Part shown: positions 20,886-33,587 of the stretch, in pieces | Layout of the letters: each line of letters starts with the position of its first letter | Position numbering within the stretch: position 1 is the first letter of the stretch | Source of the DNA: Cladosporium halotolerans | Lineage: Eukaryota | Direction of reading: 5' to 3' | Length of the DNA stretch: 64,000 nucleotides | NCBI RefSeq assembly: GCF_011745625.1 | Contig: NW_027191453.1 | Coordinates: forward strand, 930,001 to 994,000 | Notes under the pieces: model-generated | Databases searched by the model: none | What the model saw: only the letters and a program-made list of their open reading frames with translations | Told to the model about the DNA's origin: nothing | Position numbers and translations under genes: made by a program

Positions 20886-21061
20886 GTGGGCATTGTATTA
20901 GGACTTGGGAGCGGAGGAATGTTTTTTCTTTTCATGTCTGTTGGTTCTTCTTTGTCATCATCATCTGCAGCACAAGACAGCGCGGCGTTTCCTCCACGGG
21001 TCTGTTAGGGTATTCTATCTCATACAATGGGAACATGTTTCACGTCGACGTAGCTGCAGGA

Positions 21062-21088
21062 AGAGAGAGAGAGAGAGCGAGAGAGAGA
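21062..21088. repeat. Interrupted (AG)n microsatellite in the SSK1 3' region
   Basis: agagagagagagagagcgagagagaga read directly. Confidence 0.9.
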
Positions 21089-21638
21089 AAGAAACAAGAG
21101 CGCAAGATCCTTCATTGTTCTGAACCATGCATCCTCCTTACAGATACCATCGATTCAGTGTCTCTGAGGCTGAAGGTGTGTATCGACTTCAACTACCGTT
21201 AGCGCTCCTTCAACACCAGAGCTACATGATGCCGAGGCTCAGCTCCCCTGCGTGACTCCACCTCACTCAGCTCAGCTCCGCTTCCCACACCACTCATCTA
21301 GCTCAGTAGCGCGGGCGCGGGATCGCTCTCTTCGATCCAATCCCGCTGCCGGGGCTCACTGGTCCGGTCGTAATCACCAAGCATTATTTTACTCAGCTGC
21401 CTAGCGTCCGGTCGGTCTAGGGAGGATGGCGAAGCGGGGACTGGTAAGTTGGGTTTTGGTCCGTCCGTTCAGGCAGATGAGTAGATAAAGTGGAGACGGC
21501 TGTAAGATCTTGGTCGTTTCCTTTGCCTAGGTATTTTGGCTTGCTTTTGTTCAGATTCGGCTTGATACGCTTGATACATTTATCTACATACGAGACCTGC
21601 GAGTTTGAGATTGAGATCCGACTATCGTTACTGTTTAC

Positions 21639-22989
21639 ATGATGGCTTCGTCGTTGGAAGGCCAGCTGGCGGAGAAAGTGAGAGAGGGGAGGGTTCCGCA
21701 GGGGGTGATTTTCGCTGCTGATAGAGAAGGTGAGATAGATTGCGCTTACAACTATCCTAGGCCCTTGGTGGTTTGCGAGTGCCAGACGCGGGTGGCTGAC
21801 TTTTCGTGTCTAGGCAAGTTGGACTACAGCCATGCCGTGGGCAAGATGTCGCTTGAAGATGGTGCGGCGAACGTTGACCTAGATGCGGTGTTCCTCCTTG
21901 CGTCGAGCACGAAACTCCTCACTGCTATTGCGGCACTGCAAGTTGTCGAGCGAGGTCTGATCGGACTGAAGGACGATGTGGCAGCGTTGTTGCCCGAATT
22001 GGCGGAGCAGCCGGTATTGAGAGGATTTGATGGCGACGACAAGCCTATTCTGGAGGACCGCAAGGTGCCCATCACGCTCACGTATGATCGATCCTATTCC
22101 ATGGTCCCCCAGTTCAAACGAGACTAACATGCTCCCCGAAAGCCACCTCCTCACCCACACAGCCGGCACAGCCTACGACCTCGGCGACCCAAACCTGCTC
22201 AATCTCCAGTCCCAGCGCGGCCGCAAACCCGGCACCGGGCCCGACGTCGCCTCTCACTGCGCCTACCCGCTCATCTACCAGCCCGGCGAGCGCTGGATGT
22301 ACAGCTCCGCGCTCGACTGGGCGGGCCTGCTCGTCGAGCGGCTCACAAACTCCACGCTCGAGGACTACATGCGCGCCAACATCTGGGAGCCACTGGGCAT
22401 CACCTCCATGACTTTCTTCCCGGCTCAAAAGCCCGAGCTGCAGGCGCGCGTGCCGGTCCTCTCCGCTCGCGGTCCAGACGGCAAACTGAGCGCGTACAAA
22501 GGCCCCTTCATCAACGACGGCTCGACGGGCTGCTTCGGCGGCCGCGGCGCATACGGCTCCATGCGTGACTACCTCAAGATCCTACGCAGCCTGCTCGCGA
22601 ACGACGGCAAGCTGCTCAGCCCCGCGTCCCTCGACGAGCTCTTCGCGCCGCGGCTGACGGCCCAGCAAGTGGCGTCGCACAAGGCCGCGGCGCTGTCGCC
22701 CATGGGTCGGATGTTCATAGGCGAGTTCGACTTCGAGAAGTACGAGCACCAGTGGGCGTTTGGCGGAATGGTGTTTGTGCAGGGGTACGAGGATGGGAGG
22801 CGCAGGGCGGGGACGCTGAGTTGGGGCGGGATGGCGAATACGTTTTGGGCGGTGGATCGCGAGGCGGGGCTGGCGCTTGCGTTTGGGACGCAGATTATTC
22901 AGCCTGGTGATAAGGGTGCTGGGGAGGCGATTACGGTGGTGGAGAAGGGCGTTTATGCTATGGCTGGGAAGGAGAGGGCGTCGTTGTGA
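21639..22989 (+). CDS. Beta-lactamase/transpeptidase-fold serine hydrolase (LovD-like esterase/acyltransferase family), 3 exons
   Basis: SxxK motif (LASSTKLL), ITLT-HLLTHTAG across the intron, PGERWMYSS and LSWGGMANTFW. Introns 21730-21813 and 22082-22142 have canonical signals. Confidence 0.9.
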
Positions 22990-23155
22990 AGTCGGGTTGG
23001 GGTACGTGATCGGGATGATCCGCATGATGTCCAACCGGACCGATGTTGGAGGTTATCCTGGTAGATCTACGTTTGCGTGTGAGAAATTTGCATTGATTTC
23101 ACTGTATCCTCCCGGGGTTCAAGAGGCGGCTATGAAAAACTGTGGTCCATCATTC

Positions 23156-26100
23156 TCAATCCCCAGTCGGCTCTTCCTTGATCAAAACCACATCACCATC
23201 GTCCTGTTCGTTGCCTGCATTACCCTCGCCACCAACAACGACCCTCCTCGTACCCCCGCCTTCTCTCTTTACCTCAACGACATCGATCCTGCGTCCTCTG
23301 GCCGGCCTGACTTCCTCGGCGAGGACGACCGTCTCGATGCCAGCCGGAACCCGCTCGTCCTCAGGGCCCCAAGGCAAGTTCTCGACATCAATTTCTCTGT
23401 TCAGCAAGCTCTTCAATATCACTTCGGCGCCCGCTTTACTCATGACCTGATTCGCCTCCTTGCATCGCTCGCTACAGCAACATTCCAAACAGCCTTCATG
23501 GCAGTGACATGCCTCGACACGATCGCATGCTTGCTCCAGCAGCAGATCGATGAACTCGAATGCTTTGTTCGCGATGCCAGACCCACCCTGTCCGCCTTTG
23601 GCGTCGAAAAAGGTCAGTCGCGCGGGTCGCTTGCGGCTGCTCTCGCGCTTGGCGAACTCCTTGATCGCGACCTTGCACTCCGTCTTCACGTCGCCGGGCA
23701 TGGAGATGACGAAGTTGGGCATCAGGGACAGAATGGCATGCTCTGCAGCGTGGATGGCGCCGGCAAGGTTGAGGCGGCGGGAGTTGAGGATTTCGATCGC
23801 AGACCGCGGCACGTCGAGCCACATGCCTTTGCTATAGAGTATGATGGGTGGGTTGTCGACTTGCACGGCGTCGAGGATGCGGCGCTTTTTGTCGACTTTG
23901 AAGAATCCGAAGACGTTCTGGTGGATTTTGATCGCGCCGAAGAACGCTCGAGACAAGGAGCCTGGTATGCGGCGTATTGCCTCGGTTTCGACGGGGTCGA
24001 TATCGGTATAGTCGCGCTGCTGCGTGGTCCAGTCGACCTTGACATACTCGACTTTGGCGATCATGCGGTCCGGGGACATTTCCTTGACGAGAAATGTGCG
24101 ACCTTGGTGAAGGAAAATGCCACCTTCGTAGATTGTGAAAAAGGCTCTGCTAGCCTCGAGTTCCTCGAGAACGGTGTTTCGACCGTGCGTCACGTCAATG
24201 ATGGCGAAGTGGGAGTCTTCGGTGTCGCGAATGGCGACTGTACGGGACGGAGAGGGGAGAAAGCGGTCGTCGGTATGATAGAAGCCTAGATCATCCTTTC
24301 GTAATCTTTCCTCGCAGATCTCGGGCAGCTGTTTCGTGAAATACTTCTTGTCTTCGTCAGGATTGATAGGCATCTCGTGGGCTGCACACTGAATGTGGCC
24401 TTCCAAGACGAGCATGTTAGTGAGGTCGACCTGCAACTCGCAGTTCGGCTTTGTGAAGATCTCGTCTGGGTTGGCCATGTAGTACTGATCAGTAGGGAAG
24501 CAGTCTCCGACCAGAACTGATAAGCTGTCTTTATTCCTTCGGCCCGCTCGACCTGATTGTTGTCGCAGATTGGAGATTGTGTATGGAAACCCAACTGTGA
24601 TGACCGCGTCCAGAGAGCCGATGTCAACTCCCAGCTCCAGAGCATTTGTGCCAATGATGCCGACCAGCTTGCCCTCAAACATCTCTTTCTCAATCTGTCT
24701 TCGATCCTGAGGCGTATAACCGCCACGGTACGCCATCACTCTGGCCATTACCTCGGCTCTTTCAAGCGCCTGCAGCTCCGTTTTGATGGCGGTGGTCATG
24801 ATTTCACACTGCTTTCGCACCCTGCAAAATACGATGACCCGTACACCCCTCAGAATCAACTGACAGAACAAACGGGCCGTTTCTGCGAATGTATCGCCGC
24901 GACCGCTGGATGGATCTTCGGGATCTTTGAAGGGAGTGTTCCAGCACAAGAACTCCTTGCGGCCACTTGGTGAGCCATCAAAGTCCACAAGCGTTACATC
25001 ATCAAGGCCAAAGATCGTCTTCATGTGCTCCTCTGGATTTGCTACAGTGGCGCTGCAGCTGATGAACTTCACTAGTCTGTTGCCAACGGCAGCACAGATG
25101 CGGCGTAGGCGCCGCATGATCAGAGCAACGTGCGCTCCGAAAAGACCGTTGTACACGTGCAGCTCATCAACAACGACATAGCGTAGGTTCTGCAAAAACG
25201 TACGCCACTTCTCCTCTTGCGGCAAGATCGTAAGATGCAGCATGTCCGGGTTGGTGAAAATGACTCGAGCTTCGTCTCGCATGTAGTTCCGTTCACTCAT
25301 CGGCGTATCGCCATCGAAGGTGTCGCAGAGTATATCCTGCATTCCGGGGAGAAAGCCTAACATTTCCCTCAGGCTTCGCCGCTGGTCTTGAGCTAGGGCT
25401 TTGGTAGGAAAGATGTACATCGCTCGTGTTTGGCGGTCATCCTCTAGAGCGTTGAGGACCGGAATTTGGTAGATGAGTGACTTACCCGAGCTGGTAGATG
25501 TAGAGACAATGACATTGCGACCCTCATGCAGAGCATTCAGTGCCTCTGTCTGATGGCTGTAAAGCTGCTGTATGTTCCGTGTGTTGTACAGTGCGTTGAC
25601 GAGATCTTGACTCAGTGGGAAGTTCAGTTCTCCGTAGACAGCTTCTTGCGGATCGAAGACTCGATGTCCATCCGGCACAATTTGTCCTGTGTACCATTCT
25701 GAGCCTTTAAGCTGTTCGACGATCTCAGGTATGCTTTCTCTTTCTGCTGGTATGGATTTAGGCAGAGTGTCTTTGGCAGCATCAGGTGCCGGTGTGCCGC
25801 TTCTGCTCGCTTCGGGTACGGGCACGAAAGCTTTGAATTCATCGTCCAGTCTCTCAACTGGATCGACCCCTTTCTCAGCGCATTCGTTCACCCATCCATT
25901 GATAGCGGATGTGAACTTCGTGTTTCGCTTCTCGATCAGATTCATCATCTGCTTCTGGCTGTACACTGGCATCTTTAAATCTTCCTGTCTCAGCTTTCTT
26001 GTAGCTTTTGTCGGCTCCCCCGTTTTTGCATGTTGTACCTGGCGCTTTAGGTCCCCATCGATAAACTCGAACAACAAGACCTCACGCTTCTCTTCTGGTT

Positions 26101-26707
26101 GGCCTGCTACGGAACCCTCTTCAACACGATTTTCTTCACGAAAGTTCATGGGGAAGAATTCTTTCGCGCGTCTGCCTTGCATGAGGTTCTCCTCGCCCAT
26201 CAAGCTGACTTGCAGCATGTGCTCATCGATGTATTGGAAGTTGATGGTGTGTGGTACGAGACATCTGATCTTAGCCACATCGTGTATGGTAAGCTCACGC
26301 TTGGTGTTTGCCTCCACGGCGCTTTTGATGGTCTCGAAGGTGGTGGCCAAATGCTTTCGGGTGCAGCAAAATGTATACACGAGGTTCAAGGCCTTGTGAG
26401 TCTGAGACAGTCTTGTGAGTTCTTCGGGCCACGGTATCGACGATTCAATGAGATTCGATGATCCTTTGCGGTTAAGTGCCGGTTTATCGCCCTTCTTGGG
26501 AGTTCGCCGAGGTTTCTGGCCTCCATCGTGGGTCTTGGTTGGCACGGTCGAAGTACTTGAGCCAGCGTCTGTGGCGTCTCCATCATCATTGGCAAGTGGA
26601 GCTTCTGACGATTCTGCTTGGCCATTCGTTGTGTCTGGCTCAGTTCGCTTGCGCTTACGAGTATGCACGACTCGATTCGAGACGCTTGCCGCTTGAAGCT
26701 TGGTCAT
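23156..26707 (-). CDS. HRQ1: RecQ4-like DEAH-box DNA helicase Hrq1
   Basis: Walker A STSSGKS, PTKALAQDQ, VVDELH, SATVAN, TNALELGVDIG and QQSGRAGR. C-terminal AIHAAEHA...FDAKGG..G...CHCHEGCLECC Cys cluster (DUF1998-type). Confidence 0.95.
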   Translation of the reverse strand: MTKLQAASVSNRVVHTRKRKRTEPDTTNGQAESSEAPLANDDGDATDAGSSTSTVPTKTHDGGQKPRRTPKKGDKPALNRKGSSNLIESSIPWPEELTRLSQTHKALNLVYTFCCTRKHLATTFETIKSAVEANTKRELTIHDVAKIRCLVPHTINFQYIDEHMLQVSLMGEENLMQGRRAKEFFPMNFREENRVEEGSVAGQPEEKREVLLFEFIDGDLKRQVQHAKTGEPTKATRKLRQEDLKMPVYSQKQMMNLIEKRNTKFTSAINGWVNECAEKGVDPVERLDDEFKAFVPVPEASRSGTPAPDAAKDTLPKSIPAERESIPEIVEQLKGSEWYTGQIVPDGHRVFDPQEAVYGELNFPLSQDLVNALYNTRNIQQLYSHQTEALNALHEGRNVIVSTSTSSGKSLIYQIPVLNALEDDRQTRAMYIFPTKALAQDQRRSLREMLGFLPGMQDILCDTFDGDTPMSERNYMRDEARVIFTNPDMLHLTILPQEEKWRTFLQNLRYVVVDELHVYNGLFGAHVALIMRRLRRICAAVGNRLVKFISCSATVANPEEHMKTIFGLDDVTLVDFDGSPSGRKEFLCWNTPFKDPEDPSSGRGDTFAETARLFCQLILRGVRVIVFCRVRKQCEIMTTAIKTELQALERAEVMARVMAYRGGYTPQDRRQIEKEMFEGKLVGIIGTNALELGVDIGSLDAVITVGFPYTISNLRQQSGRAGRRNKDSLSVLVGDCFPTDQYYMANPDEIFTKPNCELQVDLTNMLVLEGHIQCAAHEMPINPDEDKKYFTKQLPEICEERLRKDDLGFYHTDDRFLPSPSRTVAIRDTEDSHFAIIDVTHGRNTVLEELEASRAFFTIYEGGIFLHQGRTFLVKEMSPDRMIAKVEYVKVDWTTQQRDYTDIDPVETEAIRRIPGSLSRAFFGAIKIHQNVFGFFKVDKKRRILDAVQVDNPPIILYSKGMWLDVPRSAIEILNSRRLNLAGAIHAAEHAILSLMPNFVISMPGDVKTECKVAIKEFAKRESSRKRPARLTFFDAKGGQGGSGIANKAFEFIDLLLEQACDRVEACHCHEGCLECCCSERCKEANQVMSKAGAEVILKSLLNREIDVENLPWGPEDERVPAGIETVVLAEEVRPARGRRIDVVEVKREGGGTRRVVVGGEGNAGNEQDDGDVVLIKEEPTGD

Positions 26708-27335
26708 CTTTATGCAAAAGTTCTATGCTGCTTTGATCATCATTTCTGCTGGGTGATTTCTAGAGCCGATGTTCCACGTACGAGGTTCCAGACCTGCGGC
26801 CAGAGCATCTGCCGTTGCAGATTGTTGTACGTCTAGATGAATCTCGAAGTATCATCCATGATAATTGGCTGCATCAATGACGACAGTCGTGGCAACGCCC
26901 GCGCGTGCACGCGACACGTAGTCACGTGGCTCGGCTCGGCGAGTCAGGGTCCTCCGCAAAGTCGGCCGTTTAATCGCTCACACCAATCTAGACTTCGGCA
27001 ACGCCTTCCGAAGGGCGACGGTAATTCACTCGCGCTCTGGTCTCTTAGACTCCTATCCAATAGCAAGAAAATCCAGGACGCATTACTTATCAGCCCACTA
27101 CCGAGTGTACGCATTTTCAGGCTGTCCTCACGCGAACCTTATATTCTCATCCGGACCTGCAAGTGACTTTTGGAGAAAGGACCGGGACTCGGGTCGCCTC
27201 GCGCTCAAATATTTCAAACACTTCGCCGATCCTCTGGAACGTACTCAGAACTGGGCTACTGGACTTCCGGACAAGTGTAAAATAGACCGCGTCGGTCCCT
27301 TTCTACCTACCTTATCCACCCAAGGAATATCAGTC

Positions 27336-27997
27336 ATGGCCCAATCTCTGCAAGACCAGCTGAGGACCTTCGACCCGGCCAAGGCCGGTACATACAATCC
27401 TGGCCAGGTCGTCATCTTTTTCGACCACCGCGGTTTCAAGTGTGAGAAGGATCAGATGTCTCGCTACCAGTCATATTGGCTGGAAACCAAATACCGTCTC
27501 GGTTGGCCCAGCTTCTGGTATACTAGTGATCTCGAGCCCGGAAGACTCAGGCTTGTGTGGTACACTGTATGTCTTCATCAATATGTTCATGCGGTATGGT
27601 ATTCGCATGCCCGGTACAAATTGCTGACGTCTCGTAGCACGCCGGAAACGAGGGTTCACGCGAGTTCCCCTTACATTTGGCTTACACGGTCAAGGACATG
27701 TACGACCACCTGGCGAATGAGGGATTCAGGCCAATGATCATCGGCTGGTCGCTTGAGAACCCCTTCCCTATGATTGGAGGTTCGGAGCCTCCAGCGCCCC
27801 CGAAGATGCCCAAGGTCAAGCGCGCCACGACATGGAGTAATACGTCTGCTGGTCATGGAGCTGGCAGCACTCCTCACGAGCGTGTCCTGAACATCATCCA
27901 GGCTGAGGAAGAAAGGGAAGCGAAGGCTAGGGCCGATCTCGTCAAGGCTGAGATGGTGAGAGAGGGACTTGGTGCAGATATCAAGATGGCCGCCTAG
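27336..27997 (+). CDS. Hypothetical protein (~196 aa, 2 exons)
   Basis: ATG 27336 (MAQSLQDQLR...LVWYT). Intron 27567-27637 (GTATGT...GCTGAC...TAG) joins in frame to HAGNEGSREFPLHLAYTVKD..., ending at TAG 27997. Confidence 0.65.
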
Positions 27998-28204
27998 ATT
28001 GTGTGGTCATGAGCGCATTGTTGGATCAAACTTCTTGCATGTTGGGGCGTATTATTTGGGTGTTATTGATGTGTAATCTAGCAGCATGTATGGCTGTTCT
28101 TCTTCTTATATCTACAGTACCCCCCTGCCCTGTAAAGCCAGCGCAGGACTCTTTTGGTCGCGCGCGCCACACCATCGCTCTTGCTCTTCCTCGTCGGCGC
28201 ATCT

Positions 28205-28679
28205 CTACCTCACATAGCTGTCCCATTGTGCCACCATCCACGAGGCGGTCACCGTGCTCACAATCAGCGGTCCAGCGAGACCCTTGCCCAGCTTCGCGGT
28301 GCCATACACCAGCCATTCAAGCGCGAAGTGCGCGAAAGCCACGCCGAAAGTCCACAGCGTCATCTCGTAGACGGCCGGGTTCTGGATGTGGTATGCGCCA
28401 TACAGTCGAATGATCGAGGTAATCGCAGTCCAAGTGCCGAAGGTGCGCGCGCTGAGAGGTGTCACTTGCGACGGTGATGTGCCCGCGTAGACTTGCTGTG
28501 AGCCTGCGAGGGAGAAATAGGCTTGTATGCTGTTACCAATCGAGACCACGGAGATCTGTGAGGCTGTTCGTGAGCGATTGCTGGGAGGTGTTTGCAGGCA
28601 TTTGGGGAAGTCATACGAAGAGCAACCACTTGGGGAGGAAGCCGTCGGCAGGAGGGAGGTAGGAGGTAATTGACTCCAT
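28205..28679 (-). CDS. ERG28: Ergosterol biosynthesis scaffold protein Erg28
   Basis: Exon 1 MESITSYLPPADGFLPKWLLF. Intron 28556-28616. Exon 2 ISVVSIGNSIQAY...VTPLSARTFGTWT...IRLYGAY...HFALEWLVYGT. Confidence 0.92.
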
Positions 28680-28937
28680 GTTTACTTGAGCCAAGGCTGA
28701 GAGGTCCAGGGTCGGTTTGTTGATTGCTGGTTCGGTCTGGTCTGCGAAAGTTGTTTGTCGCCGAACCGAGCAGGGGTCATGATCGTCAATGCGAGTGAGC
28801 TCTCATCAGCGGCGGTCCGCCTCCACAAACACCCCGCGGCTCGTTGCTGGTTCCTGAAATTCAATCCTCAACGCCGATCTACTTTCTCGAGTCACTTCTT
28901 GCGCGTGATCCCAAACAATACGACCGATCGATTAGTC

Positions 28938-29983
28938 ATGGAACGTGTCAACCCCATTGACCCGTGGGCAGCGCCTGCCACCAAGGCCTTTGCTTTCATT
29001 GGTGTCCTGTGGGTTTCCTACAAGATCTTCTCGTTCTGGAGACTCATCGCCTCTCTCTTCATTCTCCCAGGTCAATCGGTATGGTGCATGGCTCAATGGC
29101 TTGTTGAAATCATGTTAAGAATCTCTAGCTCTCCAAGTTCGGCAAGAAGGGTACCTGGGCGCTCGTTACTGGCGCCTCTGACGGTCTCGGAAAGGAGTAC
29201 GCTCTCCAGCTGGCGCAGAAGGGCTTCAACATCCTGCTCGTTTCTCGCACCCAAAGCAAGCTCGACACTCTCGCTGCTGAGATTCAGAAAAAGTACAATG
29301 TCCAGACGAAGACCATCGCCATGGACTTCGCCGCCAACCAGGACAAAGACTACGACACCATCAAGAGCCTGGTCTCTGAGCTTGAGATTTCCATCCTGAT
29401 CAACAACGTGGGCCTCAGCCACAGCATTCCCGTTCCATTCCACGAGACTCCCGAGAAAGAGATGCGCGATATCATTACAATCAACTGCATGGGCACCCTT
29501 CGTGTGACACAGCTCGTCACTCCTGGCATGGTCGAGCGCAAGCGCGGTCTGATCCTCACCATGGCGTCTTTCGGTGGCATTCTGCCCACGCCCTACCTCG
29601 CTACTTACAGTGGCAGCAAGGCTTTCCTGCAGCAGTGGTCCACTGCTCTCAGCTCTGAGCTTGAGCCCAAGGGCATCAAGGTTCAGCTCGTGCAGTCTTA
29701 CCTCGTCACCAGCGCCATGAGCAAGATCCGCAAGACCTCGCTGTTTATCCCCAACCCGAAGCAGTTCGTCCGCGCTGCGCTTGGCAAGATTGGTCGCAGT
29801 GGTGGTGCTCAGGGCATCGCAGCCACCAGCACTCCTTACTGGGCCCACGGCATCATGCACTGGGCTCTGGGTGCTTTCACAGGCACCATGAACAAGATTG
29901 TCGTGGACCAGAACAGGGGCATGCATCTGTCCATCCGTAAGCGCGCCTTGCGCAAAGCCGAGAGAGATGCGAAGAAGAACTAA
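28938..29983 (+). CDS. IFA38: Very-long-chain 3-oxoacyl-CoA reductase (SDR family)
   Basis: N-terminal TM segment. Intron 29079-29128. Motifs [29 protein letters not shown] (YxxxK) and VTSAMSKIR. Basic C-terminus AKKN. Confidence 0.9.
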
Positions 29984-30103
29984 AGGCGAGTAATGTTGAG
30001 AAATGGAACACAACGAATGTTTCCCGTTATGACGAAGAGAGTATGGTTTGATCGGTTTATATATTGTTAATACAACAATCCTCTCTACGCAGGCTCGTAC
30101 CCG

Positions 30104-31102
30104 TTACGATGGTCTGTTCAGTCCCTTCAACCTGTGCTCGAAGTCCTCCTTTGGGATATCAGCAACCTTCTCAGTTCGCTTGATCTGCACACCACTGCGC
30201 TCTTCCCAACCTTTCAGACACGCTGTGTGATCCGCCGCAGGGTCTACACGATCCAAGCCAAACTTCAAATAGCTCCTCAGCATCTGGGGCAAGCCGGTCT
30301 CGAACTGGGACTTCTCCATAAACTCCTGCGTAATCCCCAGATCTTTTACCAACAGCGCTAGCCCGAAACCAGAGTTGTACCGCCCGGTCAAGCCATCGCG
30401 TCGGAAAGTATCCAGGGTCGGGAAACATACGCCTGTGCCAACATTCAGCACATCGACCATCTTCTGCGGGTCCAGCCCAAACTTCTGCCCAGTCACTAAG
30501 CTGTCCGACAGCGCGCAGATCGACGAAGCCATGATGTAGTTATTCAATGTCTTCATCGCGTGGCCTGCGCCCAGTGGGCCCATGTGGAAGATGTAGGAGG
30601 CCATGGTGCGCAGGATCGGTTCAACTTTCGCGAACGCTTCTTCGGAGTCCGACCCGACCATCAGCGTGCTCTCGCCCGCATCCGTGGCGTGCATGTACGT
30701 CTGGGTGATAGGCGAGTCGACGAGCTGCAGCTGGTGCTTCGCCAGCTCGGTACCTAGCTCTTTTGTATCGAAGGGACTGGACGAGCTGGTGTCGACCACG
30801 ATCGTGCCGGGTTTGAGCGCCGACGCGATCCCTTTGCTGCCGAGCAGGACTTCGCGTACGATCTTGCCTTGCGGAAGCATGGTGATGATCACTTCGCAGT
30901 CGACGAAAGCAGCGGGCTCGCCTTTCGAGGCGGTCGTGTTGGGCCATTCTGAGGCTGCTTTCTGCGCTTTGCTTTCGTCTGCGTCGTGTACGATGAGCTG
31001 GTAGCCGGCTTTGGGCAGGTTGGAGGCCATGCTGAAGCCGGCATTGCCGAGGCCGATGTAGCCTACGGTCTTTGTTGACGGGTTTGTTGATGTTGGAGGC
31101 AT
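30104..31102 (-). CDS. NAD(P)-dependent beta-hydroxyacid dehydrogenase (3-hydroxyisobutyrate dehydrogenase family)
   Basis: VGYIGLGNAGFSMASNL Rossmann motif, ITMLP, VDTSSS, GAGHAMKTLNN (catalytic K) and FGLALLVKDL. Confidence 0.9.
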   Translation of the reverse strand: MPPTSTNPSTKTVGYIGLGNAGFSMASNLPKAGYQLIVHDADESKAQKAASEWPNTTASKGEPAAFVDCEVIITMLPQGKIVREVLLGSKGIASALKPGTIVVDTSSSSPFDTKELGTELAKHQLQLVDSPITQTYMHATDAGESTLMVGSDSEEAFAKVEPILRTMASYIFHMGPLGAGHAMKTLNNYIMASSICALSDSLVTGQKFGLDPQKMVDVLNVGTGVCFPTLDTFRRDGLTGRYNSGFGLALLVKDLGITQEFMEKSQFETGLPQMLRSYLKFGLDRVDPAADHTACLKGWEERSGVQIKRTEKVADIPKEDFEHRLKGLNRPS

Positions 31103-31904
31103 GGTGAATGTTCGTATATCATTGACTAGAATGTCCGTTGTTTTTGACAGAGCAACCGAAAGTCAGAACGGACCGCACGACGAGCATGTTGACATGACTT
31201 TTATTGAGTATGGGAATATGCGAGGATGGAAATAACGATGCTCTGGACGACCTACTCTCCGCATGATCGACACCTTTGCTTCCGACAACCCATGTGGCTT
31301 TACATTTAGGGAAACGGTAACCCCTCCAATCTTTCAGGCTTGGAGGCGCCGATATCGTAACTTTCTCGAGCGACCTAGCTGGTAGCTCCTCTCAAATCAA
31401 AAGACTCAGGGTAGCGATGACTTCAGAATGCGTTTGAGGCACGTGGTAGAAATGCCAAAATATCGGAGTATCTCACCAGCGAAGGCATATCGGTGCGGGG
31501 CAAAGGGCGTGGTGAGGGGCGCGTCGGGTTGCTCAGATTGGATTGCCGCTTCCCCACTTCACTTCACCATGCCACGACCTTATTTGACAGCAGATGCGGC
31601 GACTGCTTGATTTAGGGAATTGTATAAAATGATTTGCGGGTGAGAGAGAATGCCAACTTGCTAAGCTGATCTTTCGGCAACAGTTTCGTCGAAATCATAA
31701 GAAATATTCGATCAGTAGTACAGGCACAAGAACTTCGGGGCAATGTGCCTCTTATGGTGGGGTCTAGAGTGGGTTTTTATGGCTGACCTCGACGCGAGCC
31801 ACAGTCTTGTGTAGGTTTGAGCATTTGACTACATTCTTCACGTATCCATTCTCACCTCTTCCGTCTTCCTTTCCTCGCTACCTCCCTCATTGTTGAACTC
31901 TTTC

Positions 31905-33262
31905 ATGCCACCTGCTCTATCCACCAAGATGAAAGCTCTCACATACGATGGCCCCGGCAAGACAAAAGTTGTCGACAAGCCTAAGCCGCAGATTGAAAAC
32001 CCTAATGAAGCCGTTCTGAGAATGGTTCGCACGACCATCTGCGGCACAGATCTACACATTGTCCACGGCGACGTGCCGACGGTTGAAGTCGGCCGAACGC
32101 TGGGCCACGAGGGTATCGGCGTTGTAGAGGAAGTTGGGTCTGAGGTCAAGAACTTCAAGAAGGGCGATAAGGTTGTTATTGCTGCGGTCGTTGCGTGTGC
32201 TAAGTGTACCTTTTGCCGGAAAGGGTGAGGCTCCACTGATGTTTTCCACCATATGTTCTTTGGTGCCGATCATGGTTGTCACTGACGCTGGGCTATCATA
32301 GCATGCAAGACTTGTGTAAACACGGCGGCTGGCAGCTAGGACACTTGATGGACGGCACTCACGCCGAGTATTTCCGCATGCCGTACGCTGACACGGGCTT
32401 GTACCATGTTCCATACGGGGTCGACGAAAGAGGCCTGCTCGTAGTGAGCGACACGCTACCAACCGGGCTCGAAGTCGGTGCTATACGCGGAAATGTCCAT
32501 CCAGGATGCACAGTTGCGATCGTTGGAGCAGGTAGAGCGATTTCCCTAGAGACGTGGACGGTTCAGATAACTAACACGAATGATCGCGCAGGACCCGTTG
32601 GTCTTGCCGCCGGCCTGACATCAACCCTCTACTCCCCACGCAGCATCACCTTCTTTGACCTATCGCACTCACGCCTTGAGCTCGCGAAGCGCATGCTGCC
32701 GGGGGCCAGCACGCACACGATCAACACAAGCGGCGTCAAAGGCTCGGATGCTACTCGCGATCTGGCCAAAGGCCTGTTTGACGCCGAAATTGACGGCTTC
32801 GACGTCGTGATGGAAGCAGTGGGGATCCCTGCGACCTTCGACGTATGCCAGAACCTGGTGGGCAAGGGCGGCACGATCGCCAATATTGGCGTGCACTCTA
32901 CGAAAGTGGATTTGGCGATTGATCGGTTATGGCCTAGAGGAACAAGTGAGTTACTTTCTTTGATCCGACAGATTCTTTTTGGTACTTGGGAAAGAATTAC
33001 TGACGAGGGCGACCCTCTTGATAGCACTCTCTATGGCTCTGGTCAGCACACATACCATCCCGAGGATCCTGGACTTGCTATCCGTCGGCAAGCTGGTGAC
33101 AGCAGCTTTGATGGTCACTCATGGTGCGTGTCGCCAATACATTACACGCGAGCAAGCTAACATTCTGTAGACTTCAAGTTCAGCGAGGTGCAGAAAGCCT
33201 ACGACGTGTTTGACCGCGCGGCGGAAACGAAGGCGCTGAAGGTAAATATCGAGTTTGAATAG
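31905..33262 (+). CDS. Zinc-dependent alcohol dehydrogenase (MDR family), 5 exons
   Basis: Motifs TICGTDLH, GHEGIG, structural Zn CAKCTFCRKG...C and VGAGPVG. Introns 32225-32301, 32532-32591, 32946-33024 and 33124-33170 restore a continuous frame to TAG 33262. Confidence 0.9.
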
Positions 33263-33587
33263 TGGGCTGACCTCACGTACATGGGCACGATATAGACGGA
33301 TGTAGACAAATAGACACGCAAGGATGGATTCGAATAGAGTCGTTTTCAATTGAGCCGGAACATTCCATCGGCTCTGCTTACTATACACTTTCGCAATGTG
33401 CCACGCACGCAAGCTCGTCTGTTGGACGGCCTCAATTCCGTAGAAAAAGAAAAGCTGCCATGAAGAAGAAGGCGAGCTCACATTAAACGATTCGGTCGGT
33501 TGCGCCCAAAGAAAAGAAACGCCGCCGTGCAGGCAAGCTCATATTTGTGACCGAATCGTTGTCGCACCAGTGGAGAGAAGCGAAGCT

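Noticed and set aside
13530..22989. Complete secondary-metabolite cluster (TE plus LovD-like hydrolase)
   Set aside because: No PKS, NRPS, terpene synthase or cluster transcription factor is present, and the two genes are separated by an aquaporin and SSK1.
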